A stretch of DNA of 64,000 nt from Desulfomonilia bacterium (lineage in GTDB: Bacteria; Desulfobacterota; Desulfomonilia; UBA1062). Where the stretch lies: the NCBI GenBank assembly GCA_963664325.2, contig CAXXDQ010000004.1:544001-608000 (forward strand), in the 5' to 3' direction. Both the position numbers and the translations under genes were made by a program. This document shows positions 48,449-58,776 of this stretch, one piece after another (positions within the stretch are counted from its first letter, which is position 1; the number at the start of each line of letters is the position of its first letter). Below the pieces are notes generated by a model, which worked only from the letters and a program-made list of their open reading frames with translations, was not told the DNA's origin and ran no database searches.

Positions 48449-51262
48449 ATGTTATATAATTCCATTCCCGGAATTGCCGGATTCTTTCTTGCCGCTTTTA
48501 TTTTGATGATTGTCCTGATCAGACCGCTTTGGGTTGATATCGACAAATTCATTTCCCAGGCAACAGGACTGCAATTCCCATGGGTGGCTATTGTCACAGC
48601 ATTAACCGGTTTGATATCGTGTGGTTTTACAGCAACTTTTCTAAGGGACATTTCGAACCCGCAGGCAAATGGTTTTCCGGTATTTTCTACTGCCGCATTA
48701 ATAATCTGGGCCGCAGTTCTGGCGTTTCTTCTTTATCAGATAAGACTTTCACTGTTCAGTATTGTTTCACTTAAACGGTTATCCGTAATCATGGCCGCCT
48801 TCAGCATTTTCTGTACAGCGGTGTGTCTTTTCTTTATCGATACCGGAAATGCAGGGTTCCGGCAGCCCGGGATCATTGTTGCATCGGTTGCACTTGTCTC
48901 TGCCGGCTTTTTCATAATGATGACTGTATCTTCCATGCGCGAAGAAAATTCCAGGTGGCCAGCTGTCGCACATAGAGAACATTCAGACTGGAAGGCCCAT
49001 TGGATAACCTCTCCTGAAAGCCGCACGGTAAAAAATATTTTTTCCGGAAACAAAACCCCGCAGAATACTTGGATCTGTTTCAGAAAGAATTTTGACATCA
49101 GGCAGGTCCCTGTTATGGCTGAAGTAAGAATTGCCGCTGACAGCAAATACAGGCTCTGGATGAACGGCAGGTCTGTTGTTGCAGAAGGAGGGCTCAAGCG
49201 TGGGCCCAACCCGTTTGATACCTACTATGATACAATTGATATAGCCCCATACCTGGCAAAAGGGGCCAACACTGTGGCAATACTGGTGTGGCATTTCGGC
49301 AGAGACGCATCTTCACACAAAAACAGCGGGAGAGCAGGTCTTATATTCGACTGTAAGGCTGAGGGGCTGGAACTCTTTTCGGATTTATCCTGGAAGGTGA
49401 AAGTCCACCCGGCATTTTCTGGTATCGGTGAACCTCTGCCCAATTTCAGGCTTGCCGAAGCAAACGTTCTTTTTGATGCAAGAAAAGACATCGCCGGGTG
49501 GGAGGGTTCCGGATATGATGATTCAGGCTGGTCAAAAGCCCTCGATGCAGGAAAACCTCCTGTTTCGCCGTGGAACAACCTTGTTCCGAGGCCGATACCC
49601 TTTTTCAGGGATTATGGAATTAAGGATTATGCTCCAGGCGTTGATTGTCCATTCACGAGTGACGGAGACTCCGTCATATGCAGCCTGCCTTATAATTCAC
49701 AGATTCAGCCATCCTTCACAATCAAAGCCCCTGATGGGCTGCTTGTGGACATGCGGACAGATGACTACCGGGGGGGAGGCGAATACGGCATCCGTTCGTG
49801 TTATATCACGAAGGAAGGCAATCAAGCTTATGAGGCGCCTATCTGGATGAACGGACACAAGGTTATATACACATTTCCCACAGGCGTTGAGATTCTATCG
49901 CTCAAATACCGTGAAACAGGCTATGATGCTGACTTTACCGGCACGTTCATTTCGAATGAACCCTTCTACAACAGGCTCTGGCAAAAGGCGCAACGCACGC
50001 TTTATATAACCATGCGCGACAGCTATATGGACTGTCCAGACAGGGAACGCGCACAATGGTGGTGGGATGCGGCACTCGAGATAGGAGAGTCCTTTTATGC
50101 GCTTGATCCCAGAAGCCATCTGCTTGCAAAAAAGGCCATGCTCGAACTTGCCTCATGGCAGAAGAACGACGGAACGCTCTATTCGCCTGTTCCTTCTGGC
50201 AACTGGAATATCGAGCTGCCGCTGCAGATGCTGGCCAGCATAGGCTGGTACGGCTTTTACACCTACTATTTGAACACGGGCGATTCAGGAACAATAAAGG
50301 CCGTCTATCCGGCGGCGAAACGATACCTTGAGAGATGGAAGATGGATGAAAAGGGTGTCGTGTCAATCAGGAAGGGCGGCTGGAACTGGGGTGACTGGGG
50401 GCGGGAAATCGACATAAAACTGCTGACCAACTGCTGGTATTATCTGGCGATTAAAGGCCTGGAACAGATGGCGCTTGTTTCTGATAAACCGGATGATGCG
50501 AGGGTTCTCGGTGAAAAAATGCGCATGATTCAGAAGAGCTTCAACGATAATTTCTGGCGCGGGAATGCTTACCGTTCGCCCGGCTACAGGGGCGAGACCG
50601 ACGACAGGGGAAACGCACTGGCAGTCTGTGCCGGCCTTGCGGATAAGCCTATTTATCCTGCTATCAGGGAAGTACTTTTGAATGAATACCACGCTAGCCC
50701 GTGTCTGGAAAAGCATGTTGACGAGGCTCTTTTCATAATGGGATATGACAGGGATGCACTTGCCAGGATGAAGAAGCGTTTCGGTGAAATGGTCGATGCG
50801 ACCTATTCCACACTCTGGGAAGGCTGGGAGATAGATAATACTGAATATGGAGGCGGTACGATAAATCATGCATGGAGCGGAGGGTCGCTTACCCTGCTTT
50901 CGATGTATGCCGCCGGTATCAGGCCGACCAAACCGGGCTATTCTGAATACGAAGTAATGCCACAGATGGGCAGCCTCGGCAGGATTTCATGCACTGTCCC
51001 TTCAGTCAGAGGGGCAATAGAAGTAGGTCTGGAAAAGGATGATAAAAGCTTCAGGCTCTCGCTTTCATCGCCTTCGGGAACAAGCGCAGTAATAGGCATT
51101 CCGGCTGAATATAAGGGCGATATCAGTATTACCGACGCAAACGGCAATATCCATGATGCCCTTAATACCGTACCCGAAGGCATAACCAGTCTTGGATTCG
51201 ATGGCGATTTCAAAAAATTCAAGGCAATGCCGGGCAAGTGGGTTTTTCTGTCTCGGAAATAA
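48449..51262 (+). CDS. GH78 alpha-L-rhamnosidase-like protein with N-terminal multi-TM region
   Basis: ADSKY.LW.NG, MDCPDRER, TLWEGW, NHAWS and GIRP motifs; about 5 hydrophobic helices at the N-terminus. Confidence 0.85.
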   Translation: MLYNSIPGIAGFFLAAFILMIVLIRPLWVDIDKFISQATGLQFPWVAIVTALTGLISCGFTATFLRDISNPQANGFPVFSTAALIIWAAVLAFLLYQIRLSLFSIVSLKRLSVIMAAFSIFCTAVCLFFIDTGNAGFRQPGIIVASVALVSAGFFIMMTVSSMREENSRWPAVAHREHSDWKAHWITSPESRTVKNIFSGNKTPQNTWICFRKNFDIRQVPVMAEVRIAADSKYRLWMNGRSVVAEGGLKRGPNPFDTYYDTIDIAPYLAKGANTVAILVWHFGRDASSHKNSGRAGLIFDCKAEGLELFSDLSWKVKVHPAFSGIGEPLPNFRLAEANVLFDARKDIAGWEGSGYDDSGWSKALDAGKPPVSPWNNLVPRPIPFFRDYGIKDYAPGVDCPFTSDGDSVICSLPYNSQIQPSFTIKAPDGLLVDMRTDDYRGGGEYGIRSCYITKEGNQAYEAPIWMNGHKVIYTFPTGVEILSLKYRETGYDADFTGTFISNEPFYNRLWQKAQRTLYITMRDSYMDCPDRERAQWWWDAALEIGESFYALDPRSHLLAKKAMLELASWQKNDGTLYSPVPSGNWNIELPLQMLASIGWYGFYTYYLNTGDSGTIKAVYPAAKRYLERWKMDEKGVVSIRKGGWNWGDWGREIDIKLLTNCWYYLAIKGLEQMALVSDKPDDARVLGEKMRMIQKSFNDNFWRGNAYRSPGYRGETDDRGNALAVCAGLADKPIYPAIREVLLNEYHASPCLEKHVDEALFIMGYDRDALARMKKRFGEMVDATYSTLWEGWEIDNTEYGGGTINHAWSGGSLTLLSMYAAGIRPTKPGYSEYEVMPQMGSLGRISCTVPSVRGAIEVGLEKDDKSFRLSLSSPSGTSAVIGIPAEYKGDISITDANGNIHDALNTVPEGITSLGFDGDFKKFKAMPGKWVFLSRK

Positions 51263-51329
51263 GCGGGATCGCCGGGATTACGCCTCAATTCGGAGGAATG
51301 TACATTTGGCTTATTTAATGCTATCCGGG

Positions 51330-51728
51330 TTATATAAAACTGATCTCCTGGGTAGCCTCTGTCACTACATAGCAGCGCTCATTGTTTGAACCTGAATCCG
51401 CCGGGACGATGAAGAAACCTGGGCGACCCGGCTGGTAGCCCGTTGTAGTTCCCACAAGCACTTCGCCGTCCTTGAACACCACCCTGATCCGGCGCCCGAC
51501 CGGAGGTTTTGCAGGGTCGAACTCGTTCCGTTTGACGTGCTGCGGGTTGCCCGCGAGGTCCTTCACAAAGAACACCGCTTTCACGTCCTTCGTACGGATT
51601 TCGACAGGAGTCGCCACATTTGGGGCGTTCGTTGCGTTCACATGGAAAGTGTCTTTACCGGGAAAAAAGTCTGATGTCATGCCCTTGATCATATGACCGT
51701 TTATTAGGCGTACTACCACTTTATTCAC
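51330..51728 (-). CDS. Conserved hypothetical protein (DUF6982-like)
   Basis: KAVFFVKD, FKDGEVLVG, GFFIVPAD..SNNER; SD GGAGG. Confidence 0.7.
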   Translation of the reverse strand: MNKVVVRLINGHMIKGMTSDFFPGKDTFHVNATNAPNVATPVEIRTKDVKAVFFVKDLAGNPQHVKRNEFDPAKPPVGRRIRVVFKDGEVLVGTTTGYQPGRPGFFIVPADSGSNNERCYVVTEATQEISFI

Positions 51729-52127
51729 GGCTCCTCCAGAGTATCAGTCTTTCTGCTCCGATAAATTGCCATACATAATGTATAATATCGGCATAATTAT
51801 GGTAAATCATTAGTCATGTCATTCCGTTATATGAAAAATGTGTTGAAGTGATAACCGTTGATTGCTTCACAAAGTCTTTAGAATAAACTGTTTATGGGGG
51901 ACTGAATAGACCGGAAAGCATTTGATGCACAATGAAAACCCAGATAACTGTGATATAACAAAGCTTTCATGTCCGTCCTGAAAAGAAAAGGTCCTTGAGG
52001 TACCAGCATCAGAAGCATATCCATAAAAGTGTGTATGTCACAGGTATGGACTATCTTTTTTCAGTGAACATGAAAAAGGATTTGTCCCCGGATGTCGGAG
52101 AGTGAGACAAAGCAAAACTGGATAAAT

Positions 52128-53741
52128 TTACCCGGCCAGAATTGCCTCCATGTCTTCACGGATAGCCTTGAGCTTGTCTATGTCTTCGGGCGAAATACGG
52201 CCTGCTGCGGTGCCGTCTGCAGCAACGGACTTCAGCCGGGCCAGCTCTGCCTCGACGCTGCTTATCGCTTTCATCATCACCGGAGCAATGTCGGCAGCCG
52301 AAGGGGCCGGCGCGGGCATGACCTCGCTGGCCTGTCTTCCTGCTGAAAAGATCAGTTTTTCCCTCCACTGGGGCACCTGAGCATTGAGCTTCAATTCCTC
52401 CCTGATAAGATTCGCCAGGGTTTCGCTTGCAACAGGTTCGCCGTGGATTACAAAAACCTCGGGCGCCGACGGCTTGAAATGTCCAACCCATTCCAGGAGG
52501 CCTTTCTGGTCTGCATGGCTTGAAAAGCCGTTGATTGTAAATATGCGCGCCCTTACCGATATGTTTTCCCTTAATACCCTGACCGAGCGCCTGCCTTCCA
52601 CGAGCATTCTCCCGGTTGTGCCCTGAGCCTGGAAACCTGCGATGACGATGCTTGCTCCCGGCTTCCAGAGATTGTGCTTGAGATGATGCTTTATGCGGCC
52701 CGCCGTGCACATGCCGTTGCCGGCAATTACAATGGCCGGACCCTTCATAGTGTTTATCGCCATTGATTCCTTCATGTCATTGGTGAATTTGAGGTTTGGC
52801 ATATCTATGGGATCGATGCCCCTGTTGACTATAGCAAGCGCATCTTCATCATATTCCTTTTTATATTTTCTGAATATATTGGTTGCTTTTATGGCCAGCG
52901 GACTGTCGAGAAAAACCGGGATGTCAGGCAGACTGCCGGCCCGGTTCAGCTCGGAGAGTATGTACAGGATCTCCTGCGTCCGTTCAACGGCAAAGGCAGG
53001 TATTATGACCTTCTCTCCATTGCCGTATGCATACTTGACGGCCTCAAGCAGTTCCTCCTTGCTGGCGGCTATTGAACGGTGCAGACGGTTGCCGTAGGTC
53101 GATTCGACAAAGAGATAATCCGCACTGAAAAGCTCCTGAGGTTCACACATGATGAGCTGGTTTTTCTGTCCGATATCACCCGAAAAAACTATCTTTAGCT
53201 CCTTGCCGTCATCTTTTATCCACATTTCGATAATGCACGATCCCAGGATATGGCCTGCATTCCTGAATCTGAACCGGATTGAATCGTCAAGCTGGATAAT
53301 ATTTTCACGCTGAACGGGTTCGAAATATTTAAAGCAGGCTTGCGCGTCTTCTATTGAATAAAGAGGTTCGACAGGCTTTTTCCCTTTTCGGTCGTTTTTC
53401 CTGTTCTGCCACTCGACATCCATTTCCTGGACATGGGCGGAGTCCAGCAGCATCACTTCACAGAGGTCTGCTGTTGCCGGCGTTGCAATTATCTTTCCCC
53501 TAAATCCGTTTTTAACCAGCCTGGGAATCCTTCCGCTGTGGTCAATATGTGCATGCGTCAGTAGGAGGGCACCAATTTCGCGCGGGTCAAAATCCCAGGC
53601 AAGCCAGTTCCGGAGTTCCATGTCCACGCCGCCCTGGAACATCCCGCAATCCACGAGGTATTTGCTTTTATCGCCCACCTCAATAAGATAGTTCGAACCT
53701 GTTACAGTACCGGCCGCCCCAAGGCATGTGACCTTTATCAT
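52128..53741 (-). CDS. MBL-fold beta-CASP ribonuclease
   Basis: GAAGTVTGS, DCGMFQG, THAHIDHSG, AGHILG, FSSHAD, HGE. Confidence 0.92.
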   Translation of the reverse strand: MIKVTCLGAAGTVTGSNYLIEVGDKSKYLVDCGMFQGGVDMELRNWLAWDFDPREIGALLLTHAHIDHSGRIPRLVKNGFRGKIIATPATADLCEVMLLDSAHVQEMDVEWQNRKNDRKGKKPVEPLYSIEDAQACFKYFEPVQRENIIQLDDSIRFRFRNAGHILGSCIIEMWIKDDGKELKIVFSGDIGQKNQLIMCEPQELFSADYLFVESTYGNRLHRSIAASKEELLEAVKYAYGNGEKVIIPAFAVERTQEILYILSELNRAGSLPDIPVFLDSPLAIKATNIFRKYKKEYDEDALAIVNRGIDPIDMPNLKFTNDMKESMAINTMKGPAIVIAGNGMCTAGRIKHHLKHNLWKPGASIVIAGFQAQGTTGRMLVEGRRSVRVLRENISVRARIFTINGFSSHADQKGLLEWVGHFKPSAPEVFVIHGEPVASETLANLIREELKLNAQVPQWREKLIFSAGRQASEVMPAPAPSAADIAPVMMKAISSVEAELARLKSVAADGTAAGRISPEDIDKLKAIREDMEAILAG

Positions 53742-53948
53742 CCCGCATCTCCTTTTTCCTGCCGCCGCTCAGCTTTTTACCTGAGTTTCAAAAAGCTTTA
53801 TCATCCGCTTGTCGATACAATATATCGATTTCTGAGCAAAAATATTTAATATTGCACTTGCCTGTGCATTATAAGACAATATTATATTAATGAGTCTGAT
53901 ATTTGAAACTTTTAAAAATTTAATATTGCAATAATCATCGGAGGCAAA

Positions 53949-56468
53949 ATGTTCAACAAATTTGTTATGGCTCTTTGTATTAGCGCAATTTTCTGTTTTC
54001 CATCCATGCTCAATGCAGACGGCATTCTGGGCAGCTCCGCCCAGAGCAGGCTTGATTCCGAACTTAAGACAACGGGCTCGGCGGATAGTGTGATAGATTT
54101 GAATGTCAGGATCGATATCCCTGACCAGTACAGAAGGGATAAGAATGAAAACCCGGTAGAACAGATCGGGGATGTGTCCGGAAAGTTGAGCGGTGTTACG
54201 CTCTGGGGCACACTGGTGAGGCCGAAAGACGACCCTGCCGACGCATCTGCGGGCCGTATGACCAGACGGCCCACCATCATCGTGGCAACATGCTACAGGC
54301 GCGAATTCTGCATAATACCCTGGGGCATACCTTTGGTGAAGCACGGCTATAATGTCCTGGGGATCGACCTCAGAGGTTCAGGATCAGCAGGAGGACAGTG
54401 GGACACATTCACATTCGAAGAACAGTATGATGTCGCATACATCGTTGATCACTGGCTGCCCGGGGATAAAGCGGACGGCGGGATTGAATCCGGACAGCCG
54501 TGGTCCGACGGTACATCCGGCATGATCGGGGCCTCCTATATGGCGATCACGCAGTTGAATACCGCGGGCCTGTGCCTTAGGGACGAAAACGGAGTGCCCA
54601 AACATTTGAAGGCGCTTTTCACGTATGTCCCCCAGAGCGATCCATACAAGGAAACTCTCATGCAGAACGGGAACCTCGACATCTGGTTCATGCTCGGGCT
54701 CTGGCTGCCGCTTACCGACATACTTGCAATACTGCCGCCTCTTAATGTTCTCGGGGAAAACGGGTTTATCCCGACAAAAGATGAGATTGCTGAAGCCGCG
54801 GGCGCATGGAAAGACCATGTTATCAATATTAACAACCATATCGAACTGGCGATGAATCCTATGCTGGAATATGACGGCGACTTTATAAATCCCCGCTCAA
54901 GCATGCAGTACTGGCCTGTGAAACCTGAAGGCGGGTGGGTATATTACGGACAGGATTTCGGTGGCGGCAAGTATCCGGTTTATCCCGCAGGCGCTAAAAT
55001 ACCGGAAGGCGAGCGCGTCATTCCCGGCAAGCTGCCGGTATTCATGCTGGGCGGCTGGTTCTGCATATTCACAAAGGGCACGCTTAATCATTACGAATAC
55101 GGGCTCAAGGAGCATGGCGAGGGTGACAAGGCGCTGGTGATGGGCCCCTGGTATCACCTTGACGGGAGTATGGGCCTCGGGCTGCCTGACCTGTACAAGA
55201 CGCAGGCGGTTGCCGCCCGCTGGTTTGACTGGAAGATCAAGGGCAAAGTTGATTCGTTTATGAAGCGGTTTCCGGTGCTTCTTTACGTAATGGGCGAAAA
55301 CAGGTGGAGGGCTGAAAAGGCCTGGCCTCTCCCGGCATCAAGGGTAGGAAAAGAGAAGCAGAAACTCTGGCTTTCCGGCAAAAAGGCATCGGGAATCAGC
55401 GGGGACTCCTTCACGACCGGGCTGTTCTCAAACTCCGGGAACAATTACAGCCTCACGTGGCAGACGGATTCGCTCGACTACACTGGCAGAGGTAATTCGC
55501 CGGTGCTCAAGCACAGGCCGACATCTCTTCATGGCGGGCTTTCCCGCTCAATGGTAAGGTTCTATATCGGTTTCCCTGACATGATGAACATCTTTGCGCG
55601 CGCCATAGCCGGAAAGGAAGGGGCCGGAGACGATGCGCCCTGGGAGGATGCCCGTGATAATGAAAAGGGGGTGCTCACTTTTACTACGGAGCCTCTGGAC
55701 AGGGATGTTGAGATTACCGGGCCCATAAAGCTCTCCTTCTGGGCCAGCACAACTTTCGACACCCTGGGAGCGAATGACTGGGAGAGTATCCTTGATTTAA
55801 TGAAGAACTATTTCAATATAGAACAGCCAAACCTCCTGTACAACATGATGAGCCGCAAGGATGTCCAGTGGGTGGCTGAACTCCATGATGTCTTCGAAGA
55901 CGGGCGGGCGAGAAACCTGACCTCCGGATGGCTTGCATCATCCCACAGACCGTATGACCCCGGCAACAGCAAGGAACTGGATCCGTCTTACAAGGCGTTC
56001 GATCCCTTCTATTCCTATCCCGACATCCATCCTCAGGCGATTGAGGAAAATACTTTGTATCCTTACGTTATAGAGCTATGGCCCACTTGCAACGTATTCA
56101 AGAAAGGCCACAGGATACGCCTCAGTATCTTAGGGAGTGATTTCCCCCATTTCGTGCCGGTCCTCAGGCCCTCGGACAGCACATTCCTGATAGATGCAGG
56201 GCATCCCGCCAATATTGAATTCGATATGGTTAATTCCGATAACGAGGGTGTAACCTGGAAATGGATCGGCTCCAAAGGGAAGTACCTTTCGGGCTACAGC
56301 AACCAGTGGAACGCCAGCCAGGCTGCGAATGAATATCTTATGTCCAAAGAGGTCCCTGACAACGGTGACATGGGAGATGATGTGAAGACCGTCAGCACCG
56401 AAGAGGCTTCATCGGACGGAGGTTCGTCGGGCAGTTCATTCTGCTTCATCAACAGCGCAGGAATATAA
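53949..56468 (+). CDS. Secreted CocE/NonD-family serine hydrolase with C-terminal CFI-type tail
   Basis: Signal peptide, DLRGSG, GASYMA, GPWYH, FKKGHRIRL; ends GGSSGSSFCFINSAGI. Confidence 0.85.
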   Translation: MFNKFVMALCISAIFCFPSMLNADGILGSSAQSRLDSELKTTGSADSVIDLNVRIDIPDQYRRDKNENPVEQIGDVSGKLSGVTLWGTLVRPKDDPADASAGRMTRRPTIIVATCYRREFCIIPWGIPLVKHGYNVLGIDLRGSGSAGGQWDTFTFEEQYDVAYIVDHWLPGDKADGGIESGQPWSDGTSGMIGASYMAITQLNTAGLCLRDENGVPKHLKALFTYVPQSDPYKETLMQNGNLDIWFMLGLWLPLTDILAILPPLNVLGENGFIPTKDEIAEAAGAWKDHVININNHIELAMNPMLEYDGDFINPRSSMQYWPVKPEGGWVYYGQDFGGGKYPVYPAGAKIPEGERVIPGKLPVFMLGGWFCIFTKGTLNHYEYGLKEHGEGDKALVMGPWYHLDGSMGLGLPDLYKTQAVAARWFDWKIKGKVDSFMKRFPVLLYVMGENRWRAEKAWPLPASRVGKEKQKLWLSGKKASGISGDSFTTGLFSNSGNNYSLTWQTDSLDYTGRGNSPVLKHRPTSLHGGLSRSMVRFYIGFPDMMNIFARAIAGKEGAGDDAPWEDARDNEKGVLTFTTEPLDRDVEITGPIKLSFWASTTFDTLGANDWESILDLMKNYFNIEQPNLLYNMMSRKDVQWVAELHDVFEDGRARNLTSGWLASSHRPYDPGNSKELDPSYKAFDPFYSYPDIHPQAIEENTLYPYVIELWPTCNVFKKGHRIRLSILGSDFPHFVPVLRPSDSTFLIDAGHPANIEFDMVNSDNEGVTWKWIGSKGKYLSGYSNQWNASQAANEYLMSKEVPDNGDMGDDVKTVSTEEASSDGGSSGSSFCFINSAGI

Positions 56469-56588
56469 AAGCAAATCCGGGGCGGGCATCATGTCCGCCC
56501 GTATCCCCTGACCCATTATTTGACTAAAGCCTTCTGTATTTTATGTCGAAATATCCTGTAACAGCCAATACATAAAAGGAGCCCAGAC

Positions 56589-56960
56589 ATGAATAAAACA
56601 GGCTTTTGCCTACTGATTGCCGCATTCGTTTTTTATACAGGGGCTGCAGCCGCGGCCGACAGGACGATTACTGACAGCGACGACTGGATAACCGTCGAAC
56701 TTAATACCGGGGATACCCTGACCGTTGTTCTCAACGACGATCCCGATGACGGCTACGACTGGACAGTCGGCAGGTATGACGACGATATCCTGCAGCTCTT
56801 AAGCGGTCCCATGGCCATACCCTCCAATGGAACGGCCGTTACCAGATTCAGGGCTACGGGAAGCGGGACTACCAGCCTTCTTTTAAGGTACAACAAAGTC
56901 GAGGGGGCTTATCATCACGATATCATGGCATTCCAGGTTACCGTCTCCGTAAGAAACTGA
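56589..56960 (+). CDS. Chagasin/I42-like secreted protein (divergent)
   Basis: Signal peptide; GDTLTVVL...GYDW...FRA...G...L.Y pattern. Confidence 0.65.
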   Translation: MNKTGFCLLIAAFVFYTGAAAAADRTITDSDDWITVELNTGDTLTVVLNDDPDDGYDWTVGRYDDDILQLLSGPMAIPSNGTAVTRFRATGSGTTSLLLRYNKVEGAYHHDIMAFQVTVSVRN

Positions 56961-56962
56961 GC

Positions 56963-57505
56963 ATGAAATCAGAGTGGATTAAACTGGGCTCCCGGGAGAT
57001 CTACCGGAACAGGATACTTCGCCTGAGGGAGGACGCGTACCACTTTATTCCGAATAATATTAAAAAAGACTTTACCGTCCTCGAGTTCAGCGACTGGGTT
57101 AATGTTATACCGCTCACGGCTGATAATAACATAGTCATGATAAAACAGTTCAGGCACGGCTCGGACTCGGTGACACTTGAGATACCGGGCGGACTGGTTG
57201 AAAATGACGATAACAGCGCGTCGGTTGCGGCATTAAGGGAAATGGAAGAGGAAACAGGGTATTTTTCAGATGAAATGATCCATTTGGGCACGGTCGAACC
57301 AAACCCGGCAATACAGACAAACCGCTGCCATACCTTTCTGGCAAGGAATGCATATTTGAAAAGCCGGCAGGATTTTGACCCAACCGAGTCCATCAAGCTT
57401 GAACTTATAAATTCCGAAAAGGTGCTGGAAATGATAAAAGCAGGTAATATAACTCACGGTCTGGTAGTTGCTGCATTCGCCTTTTATATGCTCTGGAAGG
57501 GGTAA
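56963..57505 (+). CDS. NUDIX hydrolase (ADP-ribose pyrophosphatase-like)
   Basis: EIPGG...ALREMEEETG Nudix box, QFRHG. Confidence 0.9.
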   Translation: MKSEWIKLGSREIYRNRILRLREDAYHFIPNNIKKDFTVLEFSDWVNVIPLTADNNIVMIKQFRHGSDSVTLEIPGGLVENDDNSASVAALREMEEETGYFSDEMIHLGTVEPNPAIQTNRCHTFLARNAYLKSRQDFDPTESIKLELINSEKVLEMIKAGNITHGLVVAAFAFYMLWKG

Positions 57506-57517
57506 AGGAGGTTTAGG

Positions 57518-57955
57518 ATGAAGGTATTATCAAGTATGATTGTTGTCCTGGCAATATTCTTGTTTTCATCGCCTCTGGCGGCAGCCCAGAGGACGGTAAC
57601 CGATAAGGATGATGAAAAGCTGGTCAGCCTGAGCATAGGAGACAAGCTTGTAATAAAACTGCCCGGCAACTACACCACCGGGTACCAGTGGGAAGTAAAA
57701 GAGGGTTACGATGATGATGTGATCAGACAGGACGGCAAAGGCAGCTATCAGCCTGAAAAGACAGACAGGGTGGGAGCCGGCGGGATCGCTTCGTTTGCCT
57801 TCAAGGCAATAGGTGCGGGCCGAACGGACATTAATCTTGAATATAGAAGGCCCTGGGAGAAAAACGGCGATGTCCCGGAAGATTTCGAATTAACGGTTGT
57901 GGTAACAAAAGTCAAGGGCAAGGGAAAAAAGGCTGTCCCGGAACAGGCCGACTGA
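57518..57955 (+). CDS. Chagasin-family protease inhibitor I42
   Basis: GNYTTGYQW, VGAGG and YRRPW loops; signal peptide. Confidence 0.87.
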   Translation: MKVLSSMIVVLAIFLFSSPLAAAQRTVTDKDDEKLVSLSIGDKLVIKLPGNYTTGYQWEVKEGYDDDVIRQDGKGSYQPEKTDRVGAGGIASFAFKAIGAGRTDINLEYRRPWEKNGDVPEDFELTVVVTKVKGKGKKAVPEQAD

Positions 57956-58052
57956 CTCAGGCATCGTCTTATATGCAGCCGCATTACAGCAAGGGAGGAT
58001 CAAATATCCCCAGGAATAAATGTCCGGGTAACGCTCTGTCTCATACAAAATT

Positions 58053-58277
58053 ATGAAAAGCTTAAGGCTGAATGTTTTTGGCAGGGAGGTTCTTGTTGTC
58101 AGGCAGGATGAAAAGTGGTCGGTCTTTTATGTAGGGCCGGACGGAAAAAAACGGCCTGCAGCGGATATCATGATCCCGCCAGCCACGAAAGAATCGGAAA
58201 TTGAGCGCTGGCTTGCCGATCTGTGCCATGAATGGTCGAGTCTAAAGCACCCGTCGGTCACAAGGCTGGATAAATAA
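58053..58277 (+). CDS. Small conserved-looking hypothetical protein
   Basis: 74-aa ORF, NVFGR...GKKR...LADLCHEW. Confidence 0.6.
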   Translation: MKSLRLNVFGREVLVVRQDEKWSVFYVGPDGKKRPAADIMIPPATKESEIERWLADLCHEWSSLKHPSVTRLDK

Positions 58278-58369
58278 AACAGGCGGGTTATCCTTTGCCC
58301 GATACCTATGCCTGTGCATCCATAATCCTTCTTGAAACTCATAGCCCCTTACGGTATGCAAATATTACC

Positions 58370-58743
58370 GGGTCGAAGCAGGACAGGTGACCGCCGGCGC
58401 AAAAGCGCGGGAGGAAAGTCCGGGCTCCGCAGGGCAAGGGTGGTCGTTAACGGCGACCGGGGGTAACCCCAGGGAAAGTGCCACAGAAAACAAACCGCCC
58501 GTCTATATGGCGGGTAAGGGTGAAACGGCGAGGTAAGAGCTCACCGGTTCCCCGGGTGACCGGGGAAGCCAGGTAAACCCCACCCGGAGCAAAACCAATA
58601 GAGGGACACATGGAACTGCCCGTTCCGTCCCCGGGTAGGTTGCTCGAGGCGCCGGGTAACCGGCGTCCTAGACGAATGGTCACTGTCCGCTGTCGGGTAA
58701 CCGCCGGCGGAAACAGAACCCGGCTTACGGACTGCTTCGGCCC
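58370..58743 (+). ncRNA. rnpB: RNase P RNA (class A)
   Basis: GAGGAAAGTCCGGGCTC, GAAAGTGCCACAGAAA and ACAGAACCCGGCTTA; P1 GGGTCGAAGCAG/CTGCTTCGGCCC. Confidence 0.96.
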
Positions 58744-58776
58744 ACTTTGATTCCATCTCAAGCTTCAGGGGGTTAA

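Noticed and set aside
47233-58277. Extension of the island to the right
   Set aside because: It lies outside the direct repeat and after the original tRNA terminator; there are no mobility genes or further att copy.
58447-58761. Minus-strand ORFs of 104 and 71 aa
   Set aside because: Antisense shadows of rnpB.
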